A stretch of DNA of 64,000 nucleotides from Eledone cirrhosa (GCA_964016885.1 OZ024752.1:37448001-37512000); one strand, 5' to 3'; shown: positions 24,683 through 38,761, counted from the stretch's first letter. Notes: generated by a model from the letters alone, not told the origin. A program made the numbers and translations.

Positions 24683-24787
24683 TGCTTTGGCAGTACATAT
24701 ACTAAAATTGGAACTATATAGAGAAGATTAGCATGACCCCTGCGCAAGGATGACATGCAAATTCGTGAAGCATTTCATATTTTTTTT
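24683..24787 (+). pseudogene. U6: U6 snRNA retrocopy/pseudogene (intronic)
   Basis: Near full-length match to U6 (GGCAGTACATATACTAAAATTGGAAC...GAGAAGATTAGCATG...TGCGCAAGGATGAC...AAATTCGTGAAG...T tract). The first ~5 nt are missing, the ACAGAGA box reads ATAGAGA, and several CpG-type transitions are present. Confidence 0.92.
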
Positions 24788-25076
24788 ACCAATAGCGGTG
24801 CCCTAGCATGGCCTCAACTGGATGGCTGGAACAGGTAAAGGAGTAAGCCAATAGCATGAATTTTAACAAATAAGTTAAAGGATGCTACACTGAAATACAA
24901 AAAAATTCTTAATTGGAGAAAACAAGCAGTCAATTTATTCTAAAAAATGAATAAAATATCTATAATTTAGTATGCTGGTTAAGATCTGTATATGAATGTA
25001 ACATGTGGTCAACACCATTATTATTTTATCATTCTTAATTCCACACCTTGATTCTACCCAACCCGCTGGGGTTTAA

Positions 25077-25291
25077 CCCTTTAGCATTACTCTATATATA
25101 CTATTGTATTTTTGTGGCAAAGGCTGTAGCTTACATAATTATCTAACATAATATCGAATCTACAAGATTTTGATGTTGTTTATTTTGAGAACAATACCTT
25201 AACATCAGTATGAGTGGCTAATTACGGTCAGTTTGAACAGAAAGAGGTGAGAGAGTTCTGGCCAGATATGGCCAGTTTAAATGCTAAAGGG
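25077..25291. mobile_element. piggyBac-like MITE, uninterrupted copy
   Basis: TTAA TSD and CCCTTTAGCATT TIRs. Confidence 0.85.
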
Positions 25292-26539
25292 TTAAAGTGC
25301 TCTTCAGTAGTCAAGGACTGAGAACCACCCTTCTGCTGATGCCAAGTAAAATGCATCCAGTTCACCCTCTAATGCGGTTGATGATAGAGCATCGCACAAC
25401 ATGCTTTGTGGCATATAGTTACGTCCCTTTATGTTCTGAGTTCAAATCCTACCGAGGTTAGCTTTGCTTTTCATCCTTCCAGGCGTTGATAAAATAAAGT
25501 AGCAGTAACATACTGAGGTAGATTTAATTGACGTTCCCCTCTCCTTAAAATGTTTTATCTTGTACCTAAATCAGAAATCTTTATTGTTTTATCATCCTTA
25601 ATTTCACAACTTCCTCCTATCCCCTCCCCAGCCCCCACCATGGGGTTGAAAGTGCTCTCTGGTTAAGTCAATGATTGACAACATCCAGAGTGCTGGATTC
25701 ACTATAAGAATACATCCAGTATATTGGTAAGGTGATTGGTGCTAGGAAAGGAATCCAGCTGTAGACACCATGCCAAAAAGAGGTTAAGAAAACCTTTGTT
25801 TTGTCAATGATATGAAAACTTCTTTAGATAATTGTTTCTACTTTAGGCACAAGGCCACCAATTATCCAGTGCATTACTGGTACTTTATTTTATCGACCCC
25901 GTAAGGATGAAAGGCAAAGTCAACCTCGGCGGGATTTGAACTCAGATCGTAAAGGGAATGTCTGGAAAAAGGTGGGAAGGTCACAAACGAAACACTGCTG
26001 GTCATAGTTCTACTTTATCAGGGCTGATCTGCAGACTAAACAACAACAACAACAATAAATATAATAAGTTAGCTAAGGAAACCTCTCTGCATGGTCATTT
26101 GGTATGCTAGAATTGCAGCCAAATTTCTCTCGAGTCACACCCCACTGTCTTAGAAATGCAGAACGCATTAGATAATTGTTTTTACTTTAGGCACAAGGCC
26201 AGCAATTACCCAGAGCATTACTGGTACTTTATTTTATCGACCCCGTAAGGATGAAAGGCAAAGTTAACCTTGACCCTGTATGCACTGTCCAAAAACAAAT
26301 AAATAAATGCTAGGATTGTTTCAGTTGAAATGCCAACTGTGTTGGGCCTGCTCAACCATGTGTGACTGAAGCTAAATAACAAAATACTTGATAAAGAAAG
26401 AAAACAATAAAACCAGAAAAATTGGCAACTATATTTTGGTGTACACTTATTTTTGATAGACTAGGTTGTCTGGAAGATATTTATATATAAAGTGCCCGGC
26501 CTACACTGTAAAATGGTTGTGTCGATGTCACAACAGAAA

Positions 26540-27098
26540 AAAGCCAGTACACACTGTAAAGTGGTCGTGTTGGTGTCGTGACAAAAAAGCGCCCAGCCCA
26601 CACTAAAGTGGTCATGTAAGTGTCATGACAAAAAAGCGCCCAGCCCACACTAAAGTGGTCATGTAAGTGTCATGACAAAAAAGCGCCCAGCCCACACTAA
26701 AGTGGTCATGTAAGTGTCATGACAAAAAAGCGCCCAGCCCACACTAAAGTGGTCATGTAAGTGTCATGACAAAAAAGCGCCCAGCCCACACTAAAGTGGT
26801 CATGTAAGTGTCATGACAAAAAAGCGCCCAGCCCACACTAAAGTGGTCATGTAAGTGTCATGACAAAAAAGCGCCCAGCCCACACTAAAGTGGTCATGTA
26901 AGTGTCATGACAAAAAAGCGCCCAGCCCACACTAAAGTGGTCATGTAAGTGTCATGACAAAAAAGCGCCCAGCCCACACTAAAGTGGTCATGTAAGTGTC
27001 ATGACAAAAAAGCGCCCAGCCCACACTAAAGTGGTCATGTAAGTGTCATGACAAAAAGCAACCATCCCACACTATAAAGTGGTCGTGTAGGTGTCACA
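26540..27098. repeat. 47-bp minisatellite (~11 copies) from SINE tail module
   Basis: aaaaaagcgcccagcccacactaaagtggtcatgtaagtgtcatgac unit. Confidence 0.95.
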
Positions 27099-27178
27099 AA
27101 TCTTTATAATATATATATATATATATAATGTGTGTATGTATGTATATATATATATGTGTGTGTGTGTATTTATTTATG

Positions 27179-27215
<37 letters not shown>

Positions 27216-27687
27216 ATATTTATATATGTATATATATATATATGTGTGTGTATATTTATATATGTATATATATATATATAAATAATAATAATGAAATTAT
27301 TGTGTAAAGTGCTCAGGTGCACTACAACTCGTCAATATAGTACATAGAATAATACACAAATGCCAGGGAAGTACATATTTGTATGTGTTAGCTGTATATA
27401 TATGTGTGTGTGAGTGTATGTGTGTGTATATATGTATATATATATATACATCTATATACATCTCAGGAATTTTAGCTACCCTGGATAGTTAGATAGACAT
27501 CTGACCCAAATTACTTGGTCGTTTCTATGGCTGTGCAGATAATGGTTTAACCATCGTCTCAGTGTGTTTGGCCTTTTAACTTATCTTGTAGCTCTAGTTC
27601 ACTAGCTTCTATGGAGCGCTTGCCACACATCTCGGAAATTGTTTTTCGCTAATTTCCAATAGCCGAAATACGATTCTCGCTAATTTA

Positions 27688-27721
<34 letters not shown>

Positions 27722-30700
27722 GAGGCACATGGCTTAGTGGTTAGAGCATTGGCCTTGCAATCGAAAGGTTGTGAGTTCAATTCTCAGACCGGGTGATGTG
27801 TTGTTTCCTTGAGCAAGACACTTTATTTCACATTGCTCCAGTTTACTCAGCTGTAGAAATGAGATGATAGGGACTGGGGTCCATATCATTCCACTGCAAA
27901 GTGGAGGTGGAGGTGCCACGGCAAAAAAGCACCCAGCACTCACTGTAAAAATGAGGTTGGTGTTAGGAAGGGCATCCAGCTGTAGAAATCAAGCCAGAAT
28001 CAGTTCCCGTCCCACCCTTGCAAGCAGGGAAAAGTGGACGTAAAATGAAATGAAATGATGATATATATACATACATATATATATCATCATTTCATTTCAT
28101 TTATTTTAAAAAAAAATATATATATACGATATTAAACAAATGGAAACTATATTTATAAAACCATATTTATTTCGTTATATATATTTCTGGGATATCATAT
28201 TAAAAATATGGTATGCCTTCCTCAGACAAAATACACTATATAAGCTGTTTTATAAATAATTTTGACATACCTTATAATAATGCAACTTCCATTTAAAAAG
28301 TTGATTTTAAATGGAAGTTGCATTATTATAAGGTATGTCAAAATTATTTATAAAACAGCTTATATATTGTATTTTGTCTGAGGAAGGCATACCATATTTT
28401 TAATATGATATCCCAGAAATATATATAACGAAATAAATATGGATTTATAAATATAGTTTCCATTTGTTTAATATCGTAAACCTACTCCAAAAACTGTCGA
28501 GTGCTTTATATCAGTTATAAAATATTTACTCGTTGTAACCCAACAATTTTAAATAAAACTTTTGCATATATATATATATATATGCTAGCGTGGAAAATGG
28601 ATGATGATGATATATATAAACAAAAATGTCCGTCTGTATGCAGTTGATGCATTTCCACAGTTTCAATCCAATTTTGTTCAAATTTGATACATAGGTTATT
28701 TAGCTCCCGGAGCATATAAACATATAGTTGAAATCTTTCCCTCCCCTAAAACAGCAGAATTCTGGGGCTATTTAAAGACGGCCCTGTTGATGAGAGAGGT
28801 GGGGGGGGGGGGGGGTCTTTATTTAATGAGGCAAAAGGTGTGCCCAGCAATGGCAGGCTCTTTTGCTAGTATATATATATATATATATATATAATTTGTT
28901 CCAGTAGGTTAGTGGTGTGAATGGACATTATTACAGGGATTTAGTGGGTGAGTTGAAGTAGATAACAGGCATGTGCAGTGTGTCTGAAATACCTACATCA
29001 TCATCATCATCATCATCATCATTTTACGTCCGCTTTTTCCCTGCTTGCAAGGGTGGGACGGGAACTGATTTCTGGCTTGATTTCTACAGCTGGATGCCCT
29101 TCCTAACACCAACCTCATTTACAGTGAGTGCTGGGTGCTTTTTTGCCGTGGCACCTCCACGACCACTTTGCAGTGGAATGATAGGGACCCCAGTCCCTAT
29201 CATCTCATTTCTACAGCTGAGTAAACTGGAGCAATGTGAAATAAAGTGTCTTGCTCAAGGAAACAACACATCACCCGGTCTGAGAATTGAACTCACAGCC
29301 TTTCGATTGCAAGGTCAATGCTCTAACCACTAAGCCATGCGCCTCCTACATAGTCTTAATAGTATTAATACTTTTATTTCATTATGTAGGTGGTTGATGT
29401 CTGGTATGTGTACAGCCAGCCAGCCTGCTGCTACAACTGGAAACCACCAAACATTTTTAGATTTAGATTTAGATTTTTACTATAGTCCGTGTCAAAAACA
29501 TTGAGCATCTCCACAGCTAAGATGGTTATATGGTCTATGAAGGGTCTCATTGTCCTAATAGCATCGCGGTTTCTTTAGTTTTATTAATATTATATCGTTG
29601 AATGCTTGCATTGTGGTTTAGTCCTGTTTCATCATCCTCATCATCAATATCATCGTCATCATTGTTTAATGTCCATTTTCCCATGGTCGCATGAGTTAGA
29701 CAGGTTGTCGCATTATGACACGATGCAGGTCAAGTGACCCATGTCTTGCTCCTATGGATTTGTATTTTGGCTTGGTTTCTTTCTACAACTGGATGCCTTT
29801 CTTAACGCTAACCACATTACAGGGTGGACTGGGTGCTTTTGCATCGTATCACCATCACAACCACCTTACAGGGTGGGGTGAGTGCATTTTATCGTGGCAC
29901 CAAAACAACCATCTAACACAGGGGACTGGATGCCCTTTATCATGTCACCAGCATGACCAGCTTACAGGGAAAGCAAATGTTAAAACAATGATATTGATAA
30001 TGATGTCTATCAAAAATGTAAATTTACATGTATCTATGATTAATATTTTTAATGTAAAATATTTATTTGCTAACATGTTGTATAATGTACTTTATAGTAG
30101 ATTTATATCTGGTGGTCCATGAAGTTTTCCTCCTGAATTTTGTGGACCACCTTCTGAAAAAAATTTGTACAACAATGGTTTAGTCAGAAGATGAAGAGTA
30201 GTACTCCCGCTGCTTTCATGAGGGAGATTTGGTTGTTGTTACCAGCATGTCAAGCAACCACATATGGGCACCATTGTTGGCTCATAACATCCTTGATTAT
30301 TAATGGTGTTGGTCGTTTTGAAGTTATCTAATATGTTGTGAACGTATGTTATTAGTGTCGTAGTTGATTGTAATAGCAGGAAGTTGTTTAACGAAGTCAA
30401 TGGTAAGATGTTTTAGAAATGTAAAGAGTGCAACAACAGGAGTGGTGAGGCTTTTCAATGTTATTTTAATAGGATGTATTGTGGCTGTCACACTGCGTGG
30501 CTTAGTGGTTAGAGAATTAGATTCGCAATCTCACAAGTGTGAGTTCGATTCCTGGACCGGTTCACGCTCAGAGTTGCTGAAGCATGGAACAAACTACCTG
30601 CATCAATTATTAGCTGTCGAGACACTGCATCCTTTAAAACCTCCATGCTTCCTGAGATTCGCCAACACTACACCTAATATCCCCCTCCACACACACTCAC

Positions 30701-32304
30701 ACATCTATTTCATGACTCATACACTGTTCATTTTCCTGACATTTGTACCTTATTCTATGTACTATACATGCACCTTTGATGAGTTGTAGTGCACCTGAGC
30801 ACTGTACACAACAATTTCATTATTATGTCCTTGAGCAATAAGCAAGACACTTTTTATTTCAATTTGCTCATTCTGCCAGGAGTTGCGACCAGGAGACAGT
30901 ATCAGCAATGGATGAGACCAATGGAAACATTGTTTCCTTGGTTTGATTTGACAAGTACCACCCCCACTTAGTAACCTAAAAAGGTCTGGAATCTTGTCGA
31001 ACATCTTCCATATTGTGAGATTGTAAAGAGCCAAACTAGATGCTACATCTGATGTTTTTGTAATTCAGTCAACCCACCACACCGGATCACTAGTATTTTA
31101 TCCAACCCAGAAGAACACAGGGCAAAGTTGACCTTTCTGGGATTTGAACTCAGAATGCAAGAAGTTAAATTGCCTGTTGAAATACATTTCATTGTATATT
31201 GTAATACTTCTGACCAATTTACCAGACATTGGGGTGCAGCTAGGGTAGTTATAGTATTAGGGGTAGGGTGCAAGGTAGTTATAAAAGTAGGGGTAAGGTA
31301 GTTATAAAAGTAGGGGTAAGGTAGTTATAGTAAACCAAGAAAGACCTGGAATTGGTTGACCTAGGGGAAATGACCCGGAACAAAGATTTACAGAAAACTT
31401 CTCTCTGTAAACTAATCTAAGAGAAAAAAAACAAAATTCAAATCTAAAACTAATGAGCTTCCTGATTCTTCCCTATATATGTGTGTATGTATATATATAT
31501 ATATATGTGTGTGTGTATATATATATGTGTGTGTATATATATATGTGTGTGTGTATATATATGTGTGTATATATATATGTGTATATATATATGTGTATAT
31601 ATATATATGTGTGTGTGTGTGTGTATATACTTATATATATATATAAGGCTTTGTGCCAAACATATGGGCTTTCTACCCGATTGTGAAATTGCTGTTATTA
31701 CACAAAAACAGTGGGTTAAAGAATCAGAAAAGTGCCACATGAAATATTTTGTGATATTAGGTTACATTGTGAGTTCAAGTCCCAGTAGGACCAGTTTTAC
31801 CTTTTTATAAATCTCTGGGGTTTATAAAACAAGTACCAGTTCAGTACTGAAGTTGATTTAATCTACTACATAAATATGTAACCTTGTGGTTTATGTTAGA
31901 AATCCTGTTAATAAGGCATTAGATAACAGAAAGTACATGGTTCAGTGGTTAGAGATTATGAGTTCGATTCCCGGATGTGTTGTGTCCTTGAGCAAGACAC
32001 TTTATTCCATATTGCTCCGGCTTACTCAGCTGTAGAAATGAGCTGCGACATCACTGGTGCCAAGCTGTATTGGCTTTTGTCTTTTTCCTTAGACCCCAGT
32101 GGCGTAGAGAGGGGAGACTGGTATGCAAGGTGACTGTTGTCTTCCACAAAGACACCTAACCCAGGCTTGTGCCTCAGAGGGGAACTTTCTTTGCGAAAAT
32201 CTCATGGTCTTTGCCCTATGATAACAGAAACAGTAGAGCACCTTAATAAAATGCTATACCAGTCTATGGTGGTGGTGGATTTGTGGAATTGTTAGAGCAT
32301 CCAT

Positions 32305-32620
32305 TATTATCTCCAAATGATGATGATGGCTTATTTAACTACATTCCACTATATTACCTCTAAACAATGATGATGGTGATCTATTCCACTATATTCCACT
32401 ATATTACCTCTAAACAATGATGATGATGATCTATTCCACTATATTCCACTATATTACCTCTAAACAATGATGATGATGATCTACTTCACTATATTCCGCT
32501 ATATTACCTCTAAACAATGATGATGATGGCTTATTTCATTATATTCCACTATATTACCTGCAAACGATGATGATGATGATGATGATCTATTTCACTATAT
32601 TCCACTATATTACCTGCAAA
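32305..32620. repeat. ~50-bp minisatellite (~6 copies)
   Basis: ccactatattacctctaaacaatgatgatg unit at 32351, 32401, 32451. Confidence 0.9.
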
Positions 32621-33796
32621 ATGTATATCTTTCTGCTATAATTAGAAAAAATGATTATTACTATTGTCGATGCTTTTGTTGCGGCAAGAAATATGAGATG
32701 TTTGTACTGAGGTATCATCATGCTATTTTCTCTGTTGTTTCACTATAATTTACAAACTATTTTTGCCCCTCAGTTTATAGTTCTAACTTAACAACAACAA
32801 GCTACCTAATGTGTCATAACATGTTACCTTTCTCTAGACAAGTAGCTCTCCTCAGCTTATCACATATTTACGTACTATGTCATACATACACTTGATAAAT
32901 TAGTAGTTCAACTTATCTCTGGTGTCTCTGTTAAAAGCTTTTCTTCTTCATTTTCTTGATTATTTAAAAAAGTAATTTAATGTATTTTAATATTGTTTTT
33001 TTTTTTTTTGTCTCTTTTTTAAAAAATGTTATATCATCACCATCATCATTTAACGTCTATCTTCCACGCTAGCATGGGTTAGGCGGGAATTGTCCCACTT
33101 GAGGCAAGATTGGTTGGGTGACCGTGTCTCGCTCATATAGGACTATCTAGCAGGTTTTCTACAACTGGATGCCCTTCCTAACACCAACCACATTTACAGT
33201 GTGGACTGGGAGCTTTCCACCGTGTTACCTACACGGCCACATTACAGCGTGGACTGTGTGTTTTTTTTTTTGTTGTGACACCTACACGTCCTCATTAGTT
33301 TATATATATTTTTAAATTTTATATATATAACTTTGATAACTTTCGGCCAGTATTGGCCCAGGGCATGTCTAACTTAATAGCACCACCCTGGCGAATGAGA
33401 AAGCATATATTATCATCATCACCGTTTTACGTCCATTCTTCCATGCTACCATGGGTTGTCCTGTTGTGGGCAGTGCCAGGTCGGGTGACCTTGTCTTGCT
33501 CATACGGGAACTGATTTGGCTTGATTTCTACAGCTGGATGCCCTTCCTAACACCAACCACTGGGGTCCCTTATCATTCCACTGTAAAGTGGTCGTGGAGG
33601 TGCCACGGGGAAAAAACACACAGCACTCACTATAAATGACGTTGGTGTTAGGAAGGGCATCCAGCTGTAGAAATCAAGCCAGAATCAGTTCCCGTCCCAC
33701 CCTTGCAAGCAGGGAAAAAGTGGACGTAAAATATGAAATGATGATGATGATATATATACATTTACTTTTATAATTTTTTATTTCTTTTTATTTCAG

Positions 33797-33875
33797 CTCA
33801 TTTTCTAAACCGTAAATTGTTAGATTATGTTGTATCCAAGGGCGAACTAGACAACTATTTCCCAAGTTCAGAAGG
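33797..33875 (+). CDS. ASPSCR1: ASPSCR1 exon (AHFLNRKLLDYVVSKGELDNYFPSSEG)
   Basis: tttcag acceptor, gtaaga donor, phase 1 to 2. Confidence 0.82.
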
Positions 33876-34659
33876 GTAAGAAGTTATGTTGTTTTGTTTT
33901 GTTTGGGTTTTTGTTGAAAATATGAAAATATAAATTTGTTTTAAATTTTGTTTAAATATACATCCTCAATCATCATCACTGTTGTCATCACAATCATCAT
34001 TCCTTCCACCACAATCACAATCACCATGACATTGATTATCATCATCACCACAATCATCATCACCATTGTTATCACCACCATAATAATCATCACCATTACA
34101 ATCATCATAGGTTAGTTTAGTAACCCTATGTTTGTTTAGTTGTCAAAGCTCTTTTGCCACACATTCTATGACCTCTTCACTGACTACTTTTGTTGTTTTA
34201 CACTATCTTGTCTTTATGACACAAAGGAACAACAAAAGTAGTCACTGAAAAGGTCACAGGTTGTGTGATGAAAGAGCTTTGAGAATTAACAACTATCTAG
34301 TTATTAAACTGACGGAAAATTATAATAATAAATTGAAGTGAAACTCAACTAGTGCATGTGTTTTTATTGGCAGCATGACCCTACCAAAGTATAACAATAT
34401 ATGTTTCTTATATCCTTTAAAATGGTTGGTTTTGTTTCATAAAACCAAAGCTAGTTTTACCTGGATTGCTATCAAAAACGTTACTATTTCATTATCAGAA
34501 TGACATTTTCACCTGTCAAATTGTGGCAATCAAAAATGTCACAATGACATTTCCATTAATCAAACTGTGTCAACTAAGAAACTCTATTAATTTAATTAGT
34601 AGAAGAATGAGATGTTAGTATGTCACAATGCCAACTTCCTTTGTCAGACTTGGCTTAGT

Positions 34660-34988
34660 TATGTGGCTCACAGCCCCTGCTATTATGAGGGTTTCTCATG
34701 TGAGTGGTCATGTGGCTCACAGCCCCTGCTATTATGAGGGTTTCTCATGTGAGTGGTCATGTGGCTCACAGCCCCTGCTATAATGAGGGTTTCTCATGTG
34801 AGTGGTCATGTGACTCACAGCCCCTGCTGTTATGAGGGTTTCTCATGTGGGAGGTTATGTAGCTCACAGCCCCTGCTATTATGAGGGCTTCTCATGTGAG
34901 TGGTCATGTGACTCACAGTTCCTGCTATTATGTGGGTTTCTCGTGTGGGAGGTCTTGTGTCTCACAGCCCCAATATTATGAGGGCTTT
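34660..34988. repeat. 49-bp minisatellite (~7 copies)
   Basis: gtggctcacagcccctgctattatgagggtttctcatgtgagtggtcat unit. Confidence 0.9.
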
Positions 34989-35939
34989 TGGTCTGGGAAA
35001 TACATTTACTATATCTCCCAGCGCTGAAGACGCTTCATCCTTGAGGAAGCACCCTAATTTTGACAACCAAAGATTTGAAAAAAAATAATAATAAACAACC
35101 TTTGACCTCCAGGACACATTGTAGATTTTCGAGACTTATTTTAGGAAAAAAGAAGTGTCTTTGACGCCGGGAAATACAGTACTTTAATTAGCTGTTATAG
35201 ATTTTGTCACCTGAGAATATCTTAGCCAATAACTCCTTGCTGGACTGAGCAAACCATCATTAACTTGTACTTGAAGTCAGATTATGATGGCAGGTATACT
35301 TAAATAATTGTTTCTACTTTTGGCACAAGGCCAGCAATTATCCCAGTGCATTACTGGTACTTTATTTTATCGACCTCCGTAAGGATGAAAGGCAAAGTTA
35401 ACCTAGGCGAGATTTGAACTCAGACCACAAAGGGTTGTATCTCTATGCTGGAAAGCATGGCATCCGACCCTCTACCGATACTGCCAATCCATAATATAAG
35501 CAACAATGGAAAAGATATATACAGCTAACTGTCATTCTTCACGGATTTATAAAATGGAATAAAATGAAGGCCAGTCAGTCAAGTATTGGAGTTGATTTAA
35601 TATTAGATTTAAATATATAATAGGGAGAGGGTCATGATATTTGCAGAACTCCTCAGCTCATGTGGTTGATGATCAGTTTAATACCATTTCCCTGCTCAGA
35701 TATTTCTTTTAATCCTTTAACATTTAAACTGGCTGTATCCGGCCGAATTCTCTCACTTCTTTCTATTCAAACCGGCCATAACTGACCCCACATACCAACT
35801 TGTTCTCAACTTTGTTCTCAAAATAAATATCAAAATCTCATAGATTCGATATTATACGAGGTAAAGCCTTAAACATGAAAGTACAATAGTAAATGTTAAA
35901 AGGTTAAACAAATACTAAAAGAAAATCTCTCCTTTGTAG

Positions 35940-36088
35940 AAATTATATACAAGAACCTATTGCAGAAGTCTTTCCTCAAGCTTCCACTTCTTATGAGAAA
36001 CCAACAACATCCAGGTCGTCAACCAGTTTGATATCAACAGAATCTCGAGCTGTTTCACAGCAAATTGTCCCCAAATGGTTCAAACTAG
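35940..36088 (+). CDS. ASPSCR1: ASPSCR1 exon (NYIQEPIAEVFPQ...QQIVPKWFKL)
   Basis: ttgtag acceptor, gtatgt donor, phase 2 to 1; conserved C-terminal VPKWxKL. Confidence 0.9.
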
Positions 36089-36233
36089 GTATGTTTTTCA
36101 TTTATGTGTTGTGTTCTTGAGCGAGACACTTTGTTTCATGTTCATTCAGCTGTAGAAATGAATTGCCACATCACTGGTGTCAAGCTGTATCATGGACAAC
36201 ATCATATATAGTGTGTTAATAAAATGACATATA

Positions 36234-36281
<48 letters not shown>

Positions 36282-36995
36282 TGTCATGTCACTCTTGAGT
36301 GCTACAGGTAACGTGTAAACCAGTACAACCTGTCGTACGGCCGGGTCGTTGGCAACTAATGCCCTGCTAGCCATGCCCTTTTCAGGACAGCTCGTCCTGC
36401 ATTGGGTCCCACCTAACACTCAGCTCTCACCTGTGGCCACACCCCGGTAAACCGCCTTGTCTGGCGGGCCGGACCAGGTTGAGGGAAGCCGGACAGGTCT
36501 GAAACCCGCCGGTGAGTTAGATAGGGGATGCCTGCCCCTGTATGCGAAGCCTGGACCCGGCGGAGTGAGTGGAGGAGGACAAGATCGTCCCAACAGTCAC
36601 GAAGGCGGCGACAGCAAGCGGTGTGGAGCGCTAGGGCACGGCAAGGCACTACAGACGTCGTAGCCCTCCACTGCAGCCAAGGAAGTCCCTGGTCCTCCAT
36701 ACCACCGGATTCTGGCTTCTGCGGCCGAGTGAGTGGGACCGTCACTGTGCACTGGCCCTCCCACTATAAACCTTTCCCGCACAGGTTTCTTCTTTAGCGT
36801 GCACTCCCAAAGTCCTGCGGCGATGGGCAAGAGGTGGAGGTAACCTCTGGGAGTTGCCAGTCTGACTCCGGTCTCTTCCCCTGCCCCCACTGTCCCCGGA
36901 CCTGCAAGTCAAGGATCGGCCTCCACAGCCACCTTTGTGCCCACGGCAGATGGGAACAACAATAAAGAGCATGTCATCATCGTTTATGATGGACA
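36282..36995 (+). mobile_element. GC/CpG-rich 714-bp insertion in a TA/CA microsatellite; RTE 5'UTR-like or solo LTR
   Basis: Abrupt compositional shift; TGTCAT...ATGGACA ends flanked by acacac; internal ctcagctctcacctgtggccacaccccgg resembles RTE 5' UTRs as I recall them. Confidence 0.6.
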
Positions 36996-37263
36996 ACACA
37001 CACACACATATATATACACACACACATATGTATATACACACATATATATATATATACACACACACATATGTATATACACACATATATATATATATACACA
37101 CATATATATATATATACACACACATATGTATATACACACACATATGTATATACACACACATATGTATATACACACACACATATATATATATATACACACA
37201 CATATATATACACACACACACATATATATATACACATATATATATATACACACATATATATAT

Positions 37264-37316
<53 letters not shown>

Positions 37317-38761
37317 TACACACATACATGGGAGGCACATGGCTTAGTGGTTAGAGCATTGGCCTTGCAATCGAAAGGTTGTGAGTTCAATTCTCAGACC
37401 GGGTGATGTATTGTTTCCTTGAGTAAGACACTTTATTTCACATTGCTCCAGTTTACTCAGCTGTAGAAATGAGATGATAGGGACTGGGGTCCCTATCATT
37501 CCACTGCAAAGTGGTCGTGGAGGTGCCGCAGCAAAAAAGCACCCAGCCCACACTGTAAAGTGGCCGTGGAGGTACCACAGCAAAAAAGCACCCAGCCCAC
37601 ACTGTAAAGTGGTCGTGGAGGTGCCACGGAAAAAAAGCACCCAGCACTCACTGTAAATGAGGTTGGTGTTAGGAAGGGCATCCAGCTGTAGAAATCAAGC
37701 CAGAATCAGTTCCCGTATGAGCAAGAGAAGGTCAGCCAACCGGACACTGCCCACAACAGGACAACCCGTCTAACCCATGCTAGCGTGGAAGAACAGACGT
37801 AAAACGGTGATGGTGTGATACACACACTAGAATTTTTTCAACTCACGTGCATGTGAGTATATAAATATAAACACGGCAACACATGTACACTCACACACAG
37901 CATAGCAAATGTAACGCCAGCCATTCTTTTGCTATAGTTTTTTCCCCATTCCCTTAATACCTTATAAATTAGTCTCCTACCCTATTTTATAAGCTATTTT
38001 GTAGCAAAAAAAAAAACTATGAAAATTATTTTTAGAAAACACACCCTATGAAAATTATATCCTTTCACTGGAATGACTCCAAATTATATCATCATCATCA
38101 TCAGTCCACTCTTCCATGCTGTCCTGTGTTGGATGAGTTATTAGTGTCTGAATCAGTTCTTAGATATTTTTAATATATACTACTGCCTTTATTAATTCAA
38201 ATTCTTTAGAAATTTGGTGATATTTTTAACAGTGTTTCATTGGTTCTGGTTAAACTTCTATTGATAAACAATGCTAGCCTGTCAAATTCCTAGAGATAAC
38301 CCTTGATATCAGCCCACCAGCTAAGCTAAAAATAACAACCAAATATTCCTCAAATTACAACTGGCTTAAATTAAGAGAGAATATTAGATAATGTAGTCCT
38401 ACTTTTTTGATTTACAAGTTGACCTGAGGCTAAAGGACAACAATAACAACAACAATCTATCGACTTTAACTGTTTGTAGGTTTATCAATGGTGAAAAAGG
38501 AGAAAGGTTTTAGTTGAAGCACAATTTCATCTCACAAATGTAGATATACTGCTCTCCTCCCACAAAAAACTGCATCAGTCACTGTCTAAATAGGTAAACA
38601 GTCTTACTGGTTACCTTTAAGTTACAATCATCATCGTTTAACATCCATTTTCCACACTGGCATGGGTTAGACAAGTTGGGTCAGATGGCCATGTCTTGCT
38701 CATATAGAACTGTGTTTGGTTAGGCTTCTACGACTGGATGCCCTTCCTAACACCAATCACA

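Noticed and set aside
24683-24787. Functional U6 snRNA gene
   Set aside because: 5' stem truncated, ACAGAGA box mutated, and no recognisable PSE/TATA arrangement.
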